NCBI GenBank assembly: GCA_905178155.1
Contig: CAJINV010000015.1
Coordinates: forward strand, 1,175,495-1,239,494
Length of the DNA stretch: 64,000 bases
From: Amoebophrya sp. A120
Lineage: Eukaryota > Protista > Dinoflagellata
Reading direction: 5' to 3'
Part shown: positions 50,146 to 62,100 of the stretch, piece after piece
How positions within the stretch are numbered: the first letter of the stretch is position 1
Layout: each line of letters begins with the position of its first letter
Notes under the pieces: model-generated
What the model was told of the DNA's origin: nothing
What the model saw: the letters and a program-made list of their open reading frames with translations, nothing else
Databases searched by the model: none
Made by a program: the position numbers and the translations under genes

Positions 50146-53100
50146 CTATTTTTTCGATTTATCTTTATTTTCCAATTCTGCCTTGCCAGCCGCTTTGAGG
50201 TCGTGTATCTTCTTACTCATCCCTATGATTCCCTTATGACATGCGCAACCGTTACAATCCCAAACGTTGCAGTAGATGCATGAGGAGCATGACAGACTCG
50301 CAGAGCGTTCCACTTTCTGCAATACAAATTTCGCCAGATTCTAGTGCGGCTTTTGACTCCAGAACTACTTGTCATGCGCATTGCTGTGGGGGTAGGCTAG
50401 ATCATGCACTTCTTGCATCACAGACTTCCCTATTCTATTGTAACGTTTGAGATTGTAACGTTTGAGCAAGTCATATCCCTTAGAACTATTTTTTTCATCT
50501 TCTCCTACCTCGTTCCTGTGCTGGCTCACCATTTGCAGCCCCCGGGTATGGATTGCAAAAGTGTCTGGGTCTGAAAACTTGTGATGCTGGGTGGCGTATC
50601 ATGAAGAGGCCACAAGTGCTGGCTCAGCATGACAAGCGTTCGAGCTTTTAGGTGTTGCCTATTCTGCACGACAGCAAAATGGGGCTCTTGGGTAACGTGC
50701 ATGACAGATTTAAGAGTCATGTCAGACAAGCATGACAGATCTCGCATTCTTCGAGACCCCGACATTTTTGCAGTTGATACCGGGTTTGGGACAGCGACTG
50801 GACCGTATTCTGGTGCGTGATGTACGCGTTCAGCTGCTCCAGGATCAGTTGTTGGTACTCCTCCCTTTCCTTCTTGCTCTGCCCACAGAAGACCTGGGAA
50901 AAATCCAGCTGATCAACTGATTCCAGAAGCGACAGCTGCTGCTGCTCACCCCCGACAGTTGTAGTGGGCGTGTTGGAAGTCATAGACGGGGAGGATGCAG
51001 CCGGACCTGCTCCCGAGGTGGTCGCAGCACTGGAAGCGGACGACGAAGAGCTACTGTCTTTGTTCTTGTTCTTCTTGCGATTCTTACTGTTCCCAGAAGT
51101 CGATGCAGATTTATTGGAAGTAGCATTATCTACTGCACCGCTGTTTCCCGCATTAGTATCACCTCCCAATGATGTGGACGTCGCAGCTCCTGCATTTTTA
51201 TCTTCAGACGCGACCACGGTGGCCGCCGAGTAGTTCTGCGTGAACTGTCGTTCCTTCTCCCGGAGCACTTTAAGTTTAAAGGGATCGATAATTTTTCCCG
51301 TATTTTTGTTCACGAGCGGGCCCGCGATGATGGACGAGAGGCCGGCCGGCTCTGGAATTCCTTTTTCAATGAACATGTCCTTGTGCGAAGCCAGGATGTC
51401 CTTCAGCGCGTCTTCCTTCTTTTCCTATCAACTGCAAATATCTTCCCTGGATGTCTGGAGCGCTGCAACGTTTGTCATGCTTAGCTAGCATGACTGTCAA
51501 GTCTGTCATGCACGTTTTTACCCAAAAGCTCCATTTTTCTGTCATGGAGAAGCTCACTCTACTGCGATGCAGAATAGACAACACTGTAATTCTAATTGTA
51601 CCTCCAGCAAAGCTTGTCATGCTTGGCAAAGTCACTTGAGGCCCGTCCTAATCTTTCTCAACCAGCATCGCAAGTTTATTCCAGACCCAGACTAAAAATA
51701 TTTGCAGTTGATACTTCCATCCCGTTCACAATGTCCTCGCACTCCGTTCGCATCTTCGTGTAAATCTTCTCCCACCGGTTGTCTTTCTCCTGCAGGGCCT
51801 TCTTGTGTTCGCGCTCCACCCGCGTCGCCTGCTTTGCCATCTTCACGATCTGTTCTTCCAGCTGCTTGAACTTGCGCTCGTCGGCCTTGGAGCTTTTCTC
51901 GAAATCGATGGTCTTTTTGTGGTATTTGTTGTCGTGGGCAATCTGCATCTTTTGCATGTTGTCCGCCAATTGTGCTTCGTACTCGGCCTTCAGCTCCTCC
52001 CGCAGAGAGGCTTCGGCCTCTTGATTTTCCTTTCTTAAATTCTCGTTTTTGTCCACCTCTTTCTGGTGCTGCAAATGCAGATTTTCGATCTGCTTCTTCA
52101 GATCCTCCATTTTCTTCAGCACGCTTTCGCTTTCCCGATTCGCCTCTTTCCTTTCAATCGTCATCACTTCCATTTTTTTCTTCAACTCGCTGCACTCCTG
52201 CTTACTCGCTTTCATCCGGTCCTGCAGTTGCTTGTTCTGGTCAGCAGCCTTGTTGTTCGCGGTGGCAATCTTCTTTTCCTTCCACTCTTCCGCCTGTTTT
52301 ACCCACTTCTGCTTCTCCTGCTGCTCCGTCGCGAGTTGCTTGTTCGTGCGGGACAACTCGGAATTCAGGCTGGCCACCTGCTCCTTCAGTTTCTTCATTT
52401 CGTCCTTCTGCTTGCTCTGTGCCTCCTCAAACTCCTCAAGTTTCTTGTGCAGCTTCGCCATGGCGGCAGCATGCTGCTGCTGATTCTCTTCCAAAGCAGA
52501 CGAAGATGAACTGGAAGAAGCAATGGTGCTGGCAGTTACGACGGCTTTGGAGAGCGGTGGCACGACCGCCGTTCCGGAAACCAACCGGCTTAACTCCGGC
52601 AAATCCGGTGGCAAACAAGGCGGCACGATAGCCTGGTGCTGGCCCTGCGCTTGTTGCGACGTGGCGGTGGTGGTCGCGTTGTTGTTATTGAAGGGGGTCT
52701 ATCAACTGTAAAAATGTCTGGGTCTGGAAGAATCCAACTTGTCATGCTGATTTTGGATTCTAAAAAAATCTGTATTGCATGAGCAGCAAAGAGAGTCCAA
52801 GTTTTGCTACACGGAAAGAGCATTTGCCATGCGGTATAGGCATCAGGAAGCCCTCACAAAATCTGTGATGCTAGGGCATGCATCATAGACATCAGAAGTC
52901 ATGCAAAATGTGCATGACAAACCTGGCAATCTTCCAGACCCAGACATTTTTACATTTGATACGGTCGTGCTGGTCTTAGAGGTTGACGCCCCACTGCTCG
53001 ACGACATTGTAGTGCCGATCAACGTATCAAATTCAAATATGTTCGTGACTGGTCGTAGGAAAGAGTCTTCGCGCGGATGTTTATTGCCATGCACATTTTG

Positions 53101-56100
53101 CATAGCCGTGTGTGTTGTTGTATGCCCTAGGAGCATAAAAATCTTCGCAGGTTTTGATCCATGCGGTCTTCTTATCCGCATGAGAAATGTGGATAACCTC
53201 CTCCCATAGCAAAAACTGGAGTCCTCTACAACTTGTCGCTCATGCAATACAGATTCTTATTTCAGAATCCAAAGGCCGCATGACAAGTACTAGCTACACA
53301 CCCTACTTTATTCCAGACCTCCCAGTCAACATTATATTTGCAATGCATAGAGCGGCAGCTGGGGGTCGTGTTCCGGCAGTGCGGGAGGGATCATTGGAGG
53401 GGGCGAAGGACCACACGGCCCAACGTTACTGAGCCGCGAAGGTGCGGACGCGAGCAGATTTTGGTTGGAAGAAGTCGCAGCTGGGGGTCCCACCACTTCT
53501 GCCTCCTGGGCACGTGCACGACCAGAAGAACTGGCTTCATTTTTAACACAGCCCGCGTCGACGTCATCGAGGCCTTTACTAGTTGTAGCCACCTGGGCCG
53601 CGTGGGCAGCTGCCTCGTGCGTACTATCCTGAACATTTTCACCGGTGAAGGACGAAGAAGTCGGCTCTAATACTGACGTGGTGTCTACTTTGTCGTGTTT
53701 GTCACCACTTTCAGTTTTATGTATTTGCGATTTTTCTTCATCTTCCTTGGCGTGGTTCGCATCTTTGTCAACGGTTGTCGGCTTGATGATAATATTTTTC
53801 TTGTTCAGGTGTTTCTCTTCGTCTTGTTTCTTGTGTTCGGCACCGGAAGAACTCTTGTTTCTTGTGTAATTATAGGCCCCCGCGGCCTGGTCGTCCTTCG
53901 AAGTAGATGAATTTTGTTGAAAAACACCCAGAGTCGGCGCCGCGCTCACCCCCGCCTCGGAGTTGGTTTGCACCGAATGCTGCAAGGGGTCGGTAGAAAC
54001 ACTACTCGTCACGTCGGGGTCTGGTTATAGGAGTTTGTGAAGAATTTCAGCTTCGAAGTCAGGTAGCTAAGCCGCGATGCATCAATCGCGCCGTAGCTGC
54101 ATCGATGCATGTTACTCTAGAAGTTCGTCAATGATTCTTGATCGATTTACAAACAACGGTAACTCTTCTAACTCTTTCAAGTGCTTGTTACTTTATCCAT
54201 TCCACCTCTATCCTCGATGTTGAAACAAGATTAAGAGCTAAAGTTGTAGAAGTCAGTACCTCCCCCAGTGGGTTGCTGCTCCTGCGCCAGCCCTTCTCCG
54301 TGCAGTTGCCCAGTGGAAGAACTCGAACTTCCGTCTCCAGCGGCAACATTTCCACTGCTCGTTCCACGTGCGGGCGGGTTGAAGCTGTTGTAACTGTTTG
54401 TCAAAGGAGAGGACGTCGTAGCACCCGCTTGTTGAGTAGTGGTGGTTGATGTTGTTCCTTTGCCCTCGCTGTACTTGTTCATAGCTGTACTAGAGCCAGC
54501 ACCTGCTGTGCCAGAAGAAGCGCTATTGTTGTACGAAAAATTATTCTTGCTGCCACCTTTGTGCACGGGGCCAGTGCCAGTGCCGCTATTATTTTTCGTG
54601 CCGATGATCCCGTCCCGCGGAGATGTGTTCTGCGAGGTAAATTATCAAATGCAAAAATGTCTGGTGTTTTGTCTGGAAACAAGACCTTGGTACAGCACAG
54701 GGAAGAGAACGACTTGAACTTTATGAAGAAAGAAAATAAAAGAGAACTACGTGTTTGCACTATTTAGAGAGAGATTAAGCATGCTAATATGTCCACCGGT
54801 GGAACTAACTATTACTACTTATACTATCACTTGCGCAACGTACAAATTGGGTGCAATGAACTTCTGCCCACGGGGTCCCGCAGGCTCTACCGAGGTGCTA
54901 CGCTGGCCAAAGCGCTAGGCACCTGGGAGCCTGTGGGTGCTCGCGCAGTAGTGTCATGGCCGTGCGAATAGCACACCGTGGGTGCATGCTCACTACTATT
55001 CGCTGACACTACTACTGTTCATGACCCTTCCCCCAAAATGCAAAAATGTCTGGGTCTGGAAGAGTCATGCTGTTTTTGCATGACACGGAAGGTCTGGCAT
55101 GGAAGCTCTAGCATCACAGGTTTCGAGAAGCGTTTGCAATGCCGAATCCGCACGACAAATCCCCCATTCTGGTGACAGAAAGTGGGAACTTTTGCTGCCT
55201 GTGCATGAGAGATTTTTCTGTGCTCTCAAATGCGCATCACAAGTTTGTATTCTCCAGACCCAGACATATTTGCAGTTGATATAAAATTGTGATGCTCCGA
55301 CGAAGACCCACTGCGCGGCTGTGATAGTCAGTAAATTTCAGGAGTTCTTTCATGTCGTTTGCGAAAATGAGTCACACAACAACTTCAACTGGTGAACAAG
55401 CTTTTCAGCATAAGTACGACGTGGTCGACAAAAACGTCGTAACAGCCTTTTTTAGAAAAAGAACAAGTGTACAAAAAAATCGATTTCGAATTCGATGTAA
55501 TTTCTATATATCAGTACGTAATTCATCTTCCCGCGAGGTCCCTTTTCGGTCGGCGTTGCGTTCATCATATTGTAGCTGCTTTTGTTGTGCTGGTACAAGT
55601 TGTAATTTTCTTTGTCCTTCCCGTAGTGGCCGCCACTGTACGACCCGCTCCGGGGGTGAGCATATCAAACGCAAATGTGAAAAATCTCGGTCTGGAAACT
55701 TTTCATGCTGGTTGAAGGATCCTCAAGGGGAAGCAGCAAGTTGTGGCGGCAAGGCATGACAAGTTCTTTTGGAGATGGTGCTAGAACTACGTGATGTCTC
55801 TTCTGCATCTGCAGGGAAGGGTAAACACACTGGGTAGTTTCATCTGCATGACAGAAAAATGAACGTTTTGGGTGCAGGTGCTCAAATAAAGTGTGCATGT
55901 TGACAGGCTCGCTCTATGTATTGCCAACATGCAGCTCGCCGAGCATGACAAAAAATGTAGTTAACCTTACATTTATACTTCCGGACCCAGAGATACATTT
56001 GCAATGCGTAGGTGATGTTGACCACCTTGTTGATAACTGGTACCGTGCTCCTGCTGCTGGGTAGAAGAACTATAACTGCCATGGTGCATGTTGTCCTTGC

Positions 56101-59100
56101 TCCCGTTGTGGCCATACTGCCAAGTCTATCGTGTGGAAATAACACGTCTGTCACCACCCCAGAGAAACTTAGCAACACAAATTCAGAAGTCAGTCTTGGG
56201 AGTGACGCCTGACAAGTTCCTCTCTGTACTTATTCTAGAGCACTTTCGCAAGGACAGCCGCATCACAAAAACATTCCGTGGTCCTGTGATTAATTTACAG
56301 CACTGCAAATGCCAAAACACCGTTGGAAATGCCTCTTGTGCTGGGGATGCGCATAATTTTTTCTTTACCGATGTTCCTGCAAGGAAAAATTATCTGCGTG
56401 ACACCTCTGCAAGAATGACAACGCAGTTTTATTTCCTCAGGATAAATTCTGGTGGTGATGATCCCGATTATGCTTGTCCTTACCGCTAGAGGAACTGGAG
56501 GAGGAAGCAGTAGATGCGCCGTACGAATTGAAATTATTGTTGTAATATCAAATGCAAAAATGTCTGGGTCTGGAAAAGTGTAGACTTGTCATGCAGATTT
56601 TCCATCACCCATGAGATCTGGAATGCGGGACCTAGCATGACAGACTCTGCGAGGTCTCTGCCATGCCTATCCTGCATGAGAAACTCCTTTCCAACTTGGT
56701 CAAAAGTGTAGAGCTTTTGGCACTCATGCAACACAGATTTTTGCATGCTTCAGATTTACCATGACAAGTTGCAATCTTCCAGACCCAGACATTTTTGCCC
56801 TGCATATGTAATTATTGCCCACTTGGTCCTTCGAGGAAGTCGCACCGGCGCCTTTTTCTCCACCGCCACCACGCCCGTAGTAGCTGTACGACGACGACGA
56901 GAACCCACTGGCCGCCCCCGCGGCCGCTCCAGTGTGGTGGTGGTGGATTTTCCCGGAACTGCCGCGCCGTGGGTCTTTAAGATTCATGTTTGATGTTCCA
57001 GCTGCACTGGCCGCTGTACTATTGTTCACGTAGTCCCGATAGTCCTTGCCGGGCCCGGAGGACAAATTGTAGTTGTCTGCGTGGTTGTCGCGCCAGTCCC
57101 TGCCGTCACCCCGGTGCTCCCGCTCGCTCGCGCGACTTGGCACATGAAGAGACTTGTGCTCGTGCGACGAGGACGAAGAGGACGAGAGGTTTTTAATGCT
57201 ACTCGTATAACAATTTTCGGCGCCGGTCGATGAAGTATTTTTACCGTGCTGTTCCACCTCATCCAATGACTTTATTCCCGAAGGAGCCCCCCGTTCTTTC
57301 CCGCGCCGCCCGGGAAGAACTACGAGGCCCTCATGCTTGCTGCTGCCACGACCGCGGACATCGAACATGTTGAGCTGATGTTTCTGCTCCTCCATAGAGA
57401 AATAAACGTCTTCGCTGTTAATACCGTCTTTAATATTCCCAGCCCACCGTTTGTAACGAGCGGCGTCCCTATCTGCAGTTCTACCCGACGAGTACAGCTT
57501 GTTCCACCGCCCGCAGGCCATCTCCAGGGAAATTTGACGCAACAGATCCGCGTGTGCGACTTCGCCCGCATACCAACTGTTCTTCCGAAATAACTTATCC
57601 AAGAAAAAAACGCTGTTAGTGTAAATTTGTGATGTGCAACATGCAAGATGATTGCGTCTGTCATGCTTGGCATGCATCCTAGGGTCCATTAAAGGGCGTT
57701 TTCACGTACTGTCTGCGCATGACAGGTTTTTGCTGTCATGCCAGACAAATTTGTAATGCTGTTCCTCCAAAAAAGTTACACCTACAATGTTTTTTTCTTG
57801 GATATAACTCCGGACCTCTCGGCGTGGTCCCGCTTGTTTTTCGCCGCAGCTGGTTAATATCCAATGCAAATTAATACGCGGTCTGGTCTAGTTCTGGAAT
57901 AATTTAAAGCTGTGCTGACGCTGAAGTGCGCATACATTCCCGATCCAGCAGCCGCGAGCATGACAAGATCTACTTCTTGCAAAGCTGTCTCATAGAGATA
58001 GATACGTGGCGCGCACGACATCACATTTACACTGCGTCCTGGCATGACAAAGAACGCTGCGCGTTACATCTAGGTTTGTTCATCAAGCAATACAGATTTT
58101 CATCTAGAAGGACCAGCCTAACAATTACAATTTTGTTTTTCCCGACCCAGACTACGTAAAAATATTTGCCAGGTATACATTCCGATTTCCAAGTTCAGAC
58201 CACTTTGACTTAACAGACGCAGCTTGTGAATTGCAAAAGTATCGCTCTCGTCGTATAAACGCATTACAAATTTCCTCAGCATGAGAAATAAGGTTTGTAA
58301 TGCGGATTTACCTTGAGAAACAGATTAATATTTACATTGCTTGACTTCCGGGTTCTGGTAACGCATACCCCCGGCGACAGGTGACCTTGACAGGTGACCT
58401 TGACAGGTGACCTTGACAGGTGACCTTGACAGGTGACCTCGACAGGTGACCTCGACAGGTGACCGTGACAGGTGACCAGCACAGGTGGGCGCGACAGGTG
58501 GCTACGACAGGTGGCCGCGACAGGTGAAGGCCCTTCCCCCACTCGCGTTTCGCGCACTAAGCCATTATGCGCGCGCCTGGTGTGAGGCGAGGGGCGGACG
58601 CTGTCCGCCCCGATGCCGAACACCCTTCCCCCACTAGTGCTTCGCGCACTAAGCCACTATGCGCGCGCCTGGTGTGAGGCGAGGGGCGGACGCTGTCCGC
58701 CCCGATGCCGAACACCCTTCCCCCACTAGCGCCACTAGGGATGGGCACAAGGCCCCAGCGTGGGGACCCTGTCCCCACGCGTGGACCTTGTTTGTAATGC
58801 AAGACTTGCATTTGTACGAGTACGATGTTTTTGCACAGGATACACCTCTTCCTGGTACAATTCTTCAGCGGAGGAACTTCTAGGTGAAGATGCTAGCGCA
58901 CCCTCCCCGAAAGCTATGCAAGAAAAAAACTGTGTAAGTGTAGCTCTGTAATGCGGGAGAACATGCAAGAGAGTTTAAACCTGTCATGCCAGACAACCAT
59001 GCAAATCCTGTTTCCAGGTGTGTTTTCCGACGTTACAAGTCACCCATGACAGGTTATTTTCTCTGTCATGTAGAGCTACAACTCTGTGATGCTGTCACCA

Positions 59101-62100
59101 GCCAAACAAAGTTAAGTTACACTCACGCAGTTTTTTTCTTGGATAGAAGCACGACTCCGGTCGTTTTTTTTCGAAATAGCCGCCCCAATTCCAGACGACT
59201 GGTGTTCGACGCGCGGCGGCGTACCACCAGTGCTGTCGCCTTTATTGCCTTTCTGCTGCTGTAATCCGATTTTTACCCGTCCTCCGAAAGGTGGAATATC
59301 CTGCTTCGACGACTTGTTTATTCCTTCGGAGCAGTTACTAGTATGGTGGACATTATCATCAGCAGCTGGAGCTGAAGACGGATTGTTGTGATGAGGAGCT
59401 GCGTAGTTGTAATTGTTCTGGCCCACGCTCGTCCTGAAGCTAGCGCCAGAAGTGGTCGTGGTCCCGCGTTTTTTATTACCGGACGTCGAGTTAATATTCT
59501 TGTTGTATTTATTATCAAACAAAAAAAGTTCGTCACGATCACTCATGGGCATTTTTGCAAGACAAAATTGTCTGTCATGCGTAAAAATGCATCACAGCCA
59601 CACTTCATAAGGGATTTCCCTAGTGTTTCTGCAATACAAGGAGAAGTTGTGATGCAAAAAAAACTTGTAATGCAAACCTTGCAACTTAGTGACTGTGACA
59701 AACTTTTTTCTCTCCATACTTATTTTTTGCCGCACCACTGGGAGTTGGCCGCCCGGGAGTCATGGGAGGTGGCCCGACTACACCTAGGGGCTGCTCGGAG
59801 GAGATGGAAGAAGAGGGCGGCGGCCCGTGGTCTGCCGATGAACTCTCCTCCTGCGTGTCGTGAGGACCCACGTCGCGGTCGTCCACCCGGCCAACTAGAT
59901 GATCTCCACCAGTACAACTACTCGGCGCCGCCAGAGCAGCAGCAGGGGTAGAAGGCGGAGGCTTGGTGGTGTTCATTATCGTGGTCGACGTGGTCGCCGC
60001 CCCGCCGGGTTGTAATGTCAGTAGGCTCGACAGAACTAGTTCCTGCTTCTGCTGCGCGTTTAGGTCAGAAGTGAGGACCGCAGCTGCGCCCGAGGTCGTG
60101 GAAGTAGGAAACTGTTGATGATCCCCGTCGGGGGTGGATACAGACGACGAGGATGTTGACACAATTGGGTTTATTAAGAGCTGCTGCTGCTGGAGGTGGC
60201 CCTGGCCACCTTGTTGCAGCTGCTGCTGCTGCTGCTGCCCTTGTTGCAGCAGGAGCTGTTGCGCTGCTAGATTCATCGTATTAGTGGTTGTACTATCGAT
60301 GTTAGAAGTTGTTGTATTCTGTTGCAGGTTGATGTTCTGCTGTTGTAGGTTATTTAAAAGCGGCTGCAACTGCAGCAGCAGATTCACCTGATTACAGCTT
60401 TGTTGAAGAGGATTTTGATTGCAGCTTCCGCTGTTGTTGCCTCCAATGCTAGTGCTACCGCTACCCCCGCCGCCGCCCAGAGGTAGCAACACGTTCTTGT
60501 TGAGCGAAGCGGTAATCGTCGTTCCTGCTCCCGCCGCTCCTCCGGCTGGCGAATTATTATTCTGCGCGTGGTTAGTACTGGGTAGAGCAGCCACACCAGC
60601 CAACTGATGCAGCTGGGCCACATTAGTCAGGTCGTTGCTGTTCATTGGAAAGGAAATAGGTGTTCCTGCAGTGTGGCCGAGATGAAGATGATGTTGCTGT
60701 AGTTGACCCGACGTCGTGCCAACATTGCTAGAGGAAGCTCCTCCTGCACCCCCAACTTGATGCTGCTGGAGGTCCTGATTCGATTGCGGACCCGGACCGG
60801 GATTGAAGTTGCCTGTAGCGATATCAAAATTCGAATGATATTAGAGATGGAGGAGCACGACACGTGGACAAGGTGGTTCAAAATGAACAGTACGAAAAGT
60901 CAACTCAACATGAATATATGAAATAACTGCAAACACAATGCGAAGATACTCATCCAAAATATAGAAATTATCCGAAGAAATAAAGTGGTCCGATCAATTT
61001 TCATGTATTATCGTAGCATTACCGCCCAAGCCGCGATTTAGTTGTGCTCCGGAACCGGGGCCGGCGACCAAAAACGGGATAGAAGATATCACAAGAAAAA
61101 AGTGCTACAGATTATACACACGTGCTGTTGCAACTTCAGCAAGACAAATTGTCTCTGTGTGGAGGCATATGCCGAGATCTTCACAAGGGGAAACATAAAC
61201 ACGTATGAAGCTGTGCTCTTGTGTATATCCGGCATGAGTAGAAGGCTTGTTTCTCACGCTTGTCCAGCCGCAAGAAAATGTGTAAGTGTAACATTTTTTT
61301 CTTTGCATAGAAGAAGTGGATGTGCCACTGTTGTTTCCTTGCAAGCTGCCCGCTTGGTCATTATTTCCTGAGAAGTAATTTTGTATTTTGTGCAACTTTT
61401 AACAAGTGGACTTCTGATATCTATATTCAGTGAGTGTGATAATCATCTCATCAACATGATCAAGACAGTCGAACGGCGGCAGTCAACATAGTAAAGTCAT
61501 TTCAGTAAGAAGTTGTACCTGATGCGGCAAAATGAGGCCCTCCTCCGAAGCTGTTCAAATTGCCAAAGTTTTGAAAATTTTCAGAAGTGATCCAGTCGAG
61601 CGGCTTATCCTGTGCAAAAGTGTCTGGCTCGGGAAGATTCTGAGACTTGTCATGCTTGTCTGGCATGACCCAGGATTGTTTGTGATGTATGCCCTACCAT
61701 CACAGATTTTTAGAACCCTTCCTGATCATACCTACCCCGCATGACAAACGCCCTCCCCGCGTAGCACAAACTAGACTCCTCTTGCTGGTCATGCAATACA
61801 GATTTTTTTAGAGTCCAAAGTTAGCATCACAAGTTCCAACCTTCCAGACGTCCAGGGATTTTTACATTTGATACGGTTGCTGGTGCATGAAATCCAGCTG
61901 TCCTTGATTGTTCTGCTGCGAAAGGAGGTTGTGGAGAGGCTGCTGCTGCTTATCAACAGCAAATATGTCTGGGTCTGGAAGAACTTGTCATGCAGCTTTT
62001 ACATGACCCGTGATGTCTGCAATGTATTCCCTAGCATCACAAACTTTCTGAGTGGTTCTTGATCTTGTTGCCTATTGCGCACGAGAAATCATGCTCTGTC

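Larger units (their letters stand above)
58225..58842. mobile_element. Introner, family F, expanded by a nested repeat-rich insertion (~58327-58790)
   Basis: TSD cagct/cacct; halves match 46234 (reverse complement); frame restored. Confidence 0.82.

Noticed and set aside
60180-60260. (CTG)n repeat as a separate microsatellite feature
   Set aside because: It encodes poly-Gln inside gene 7.
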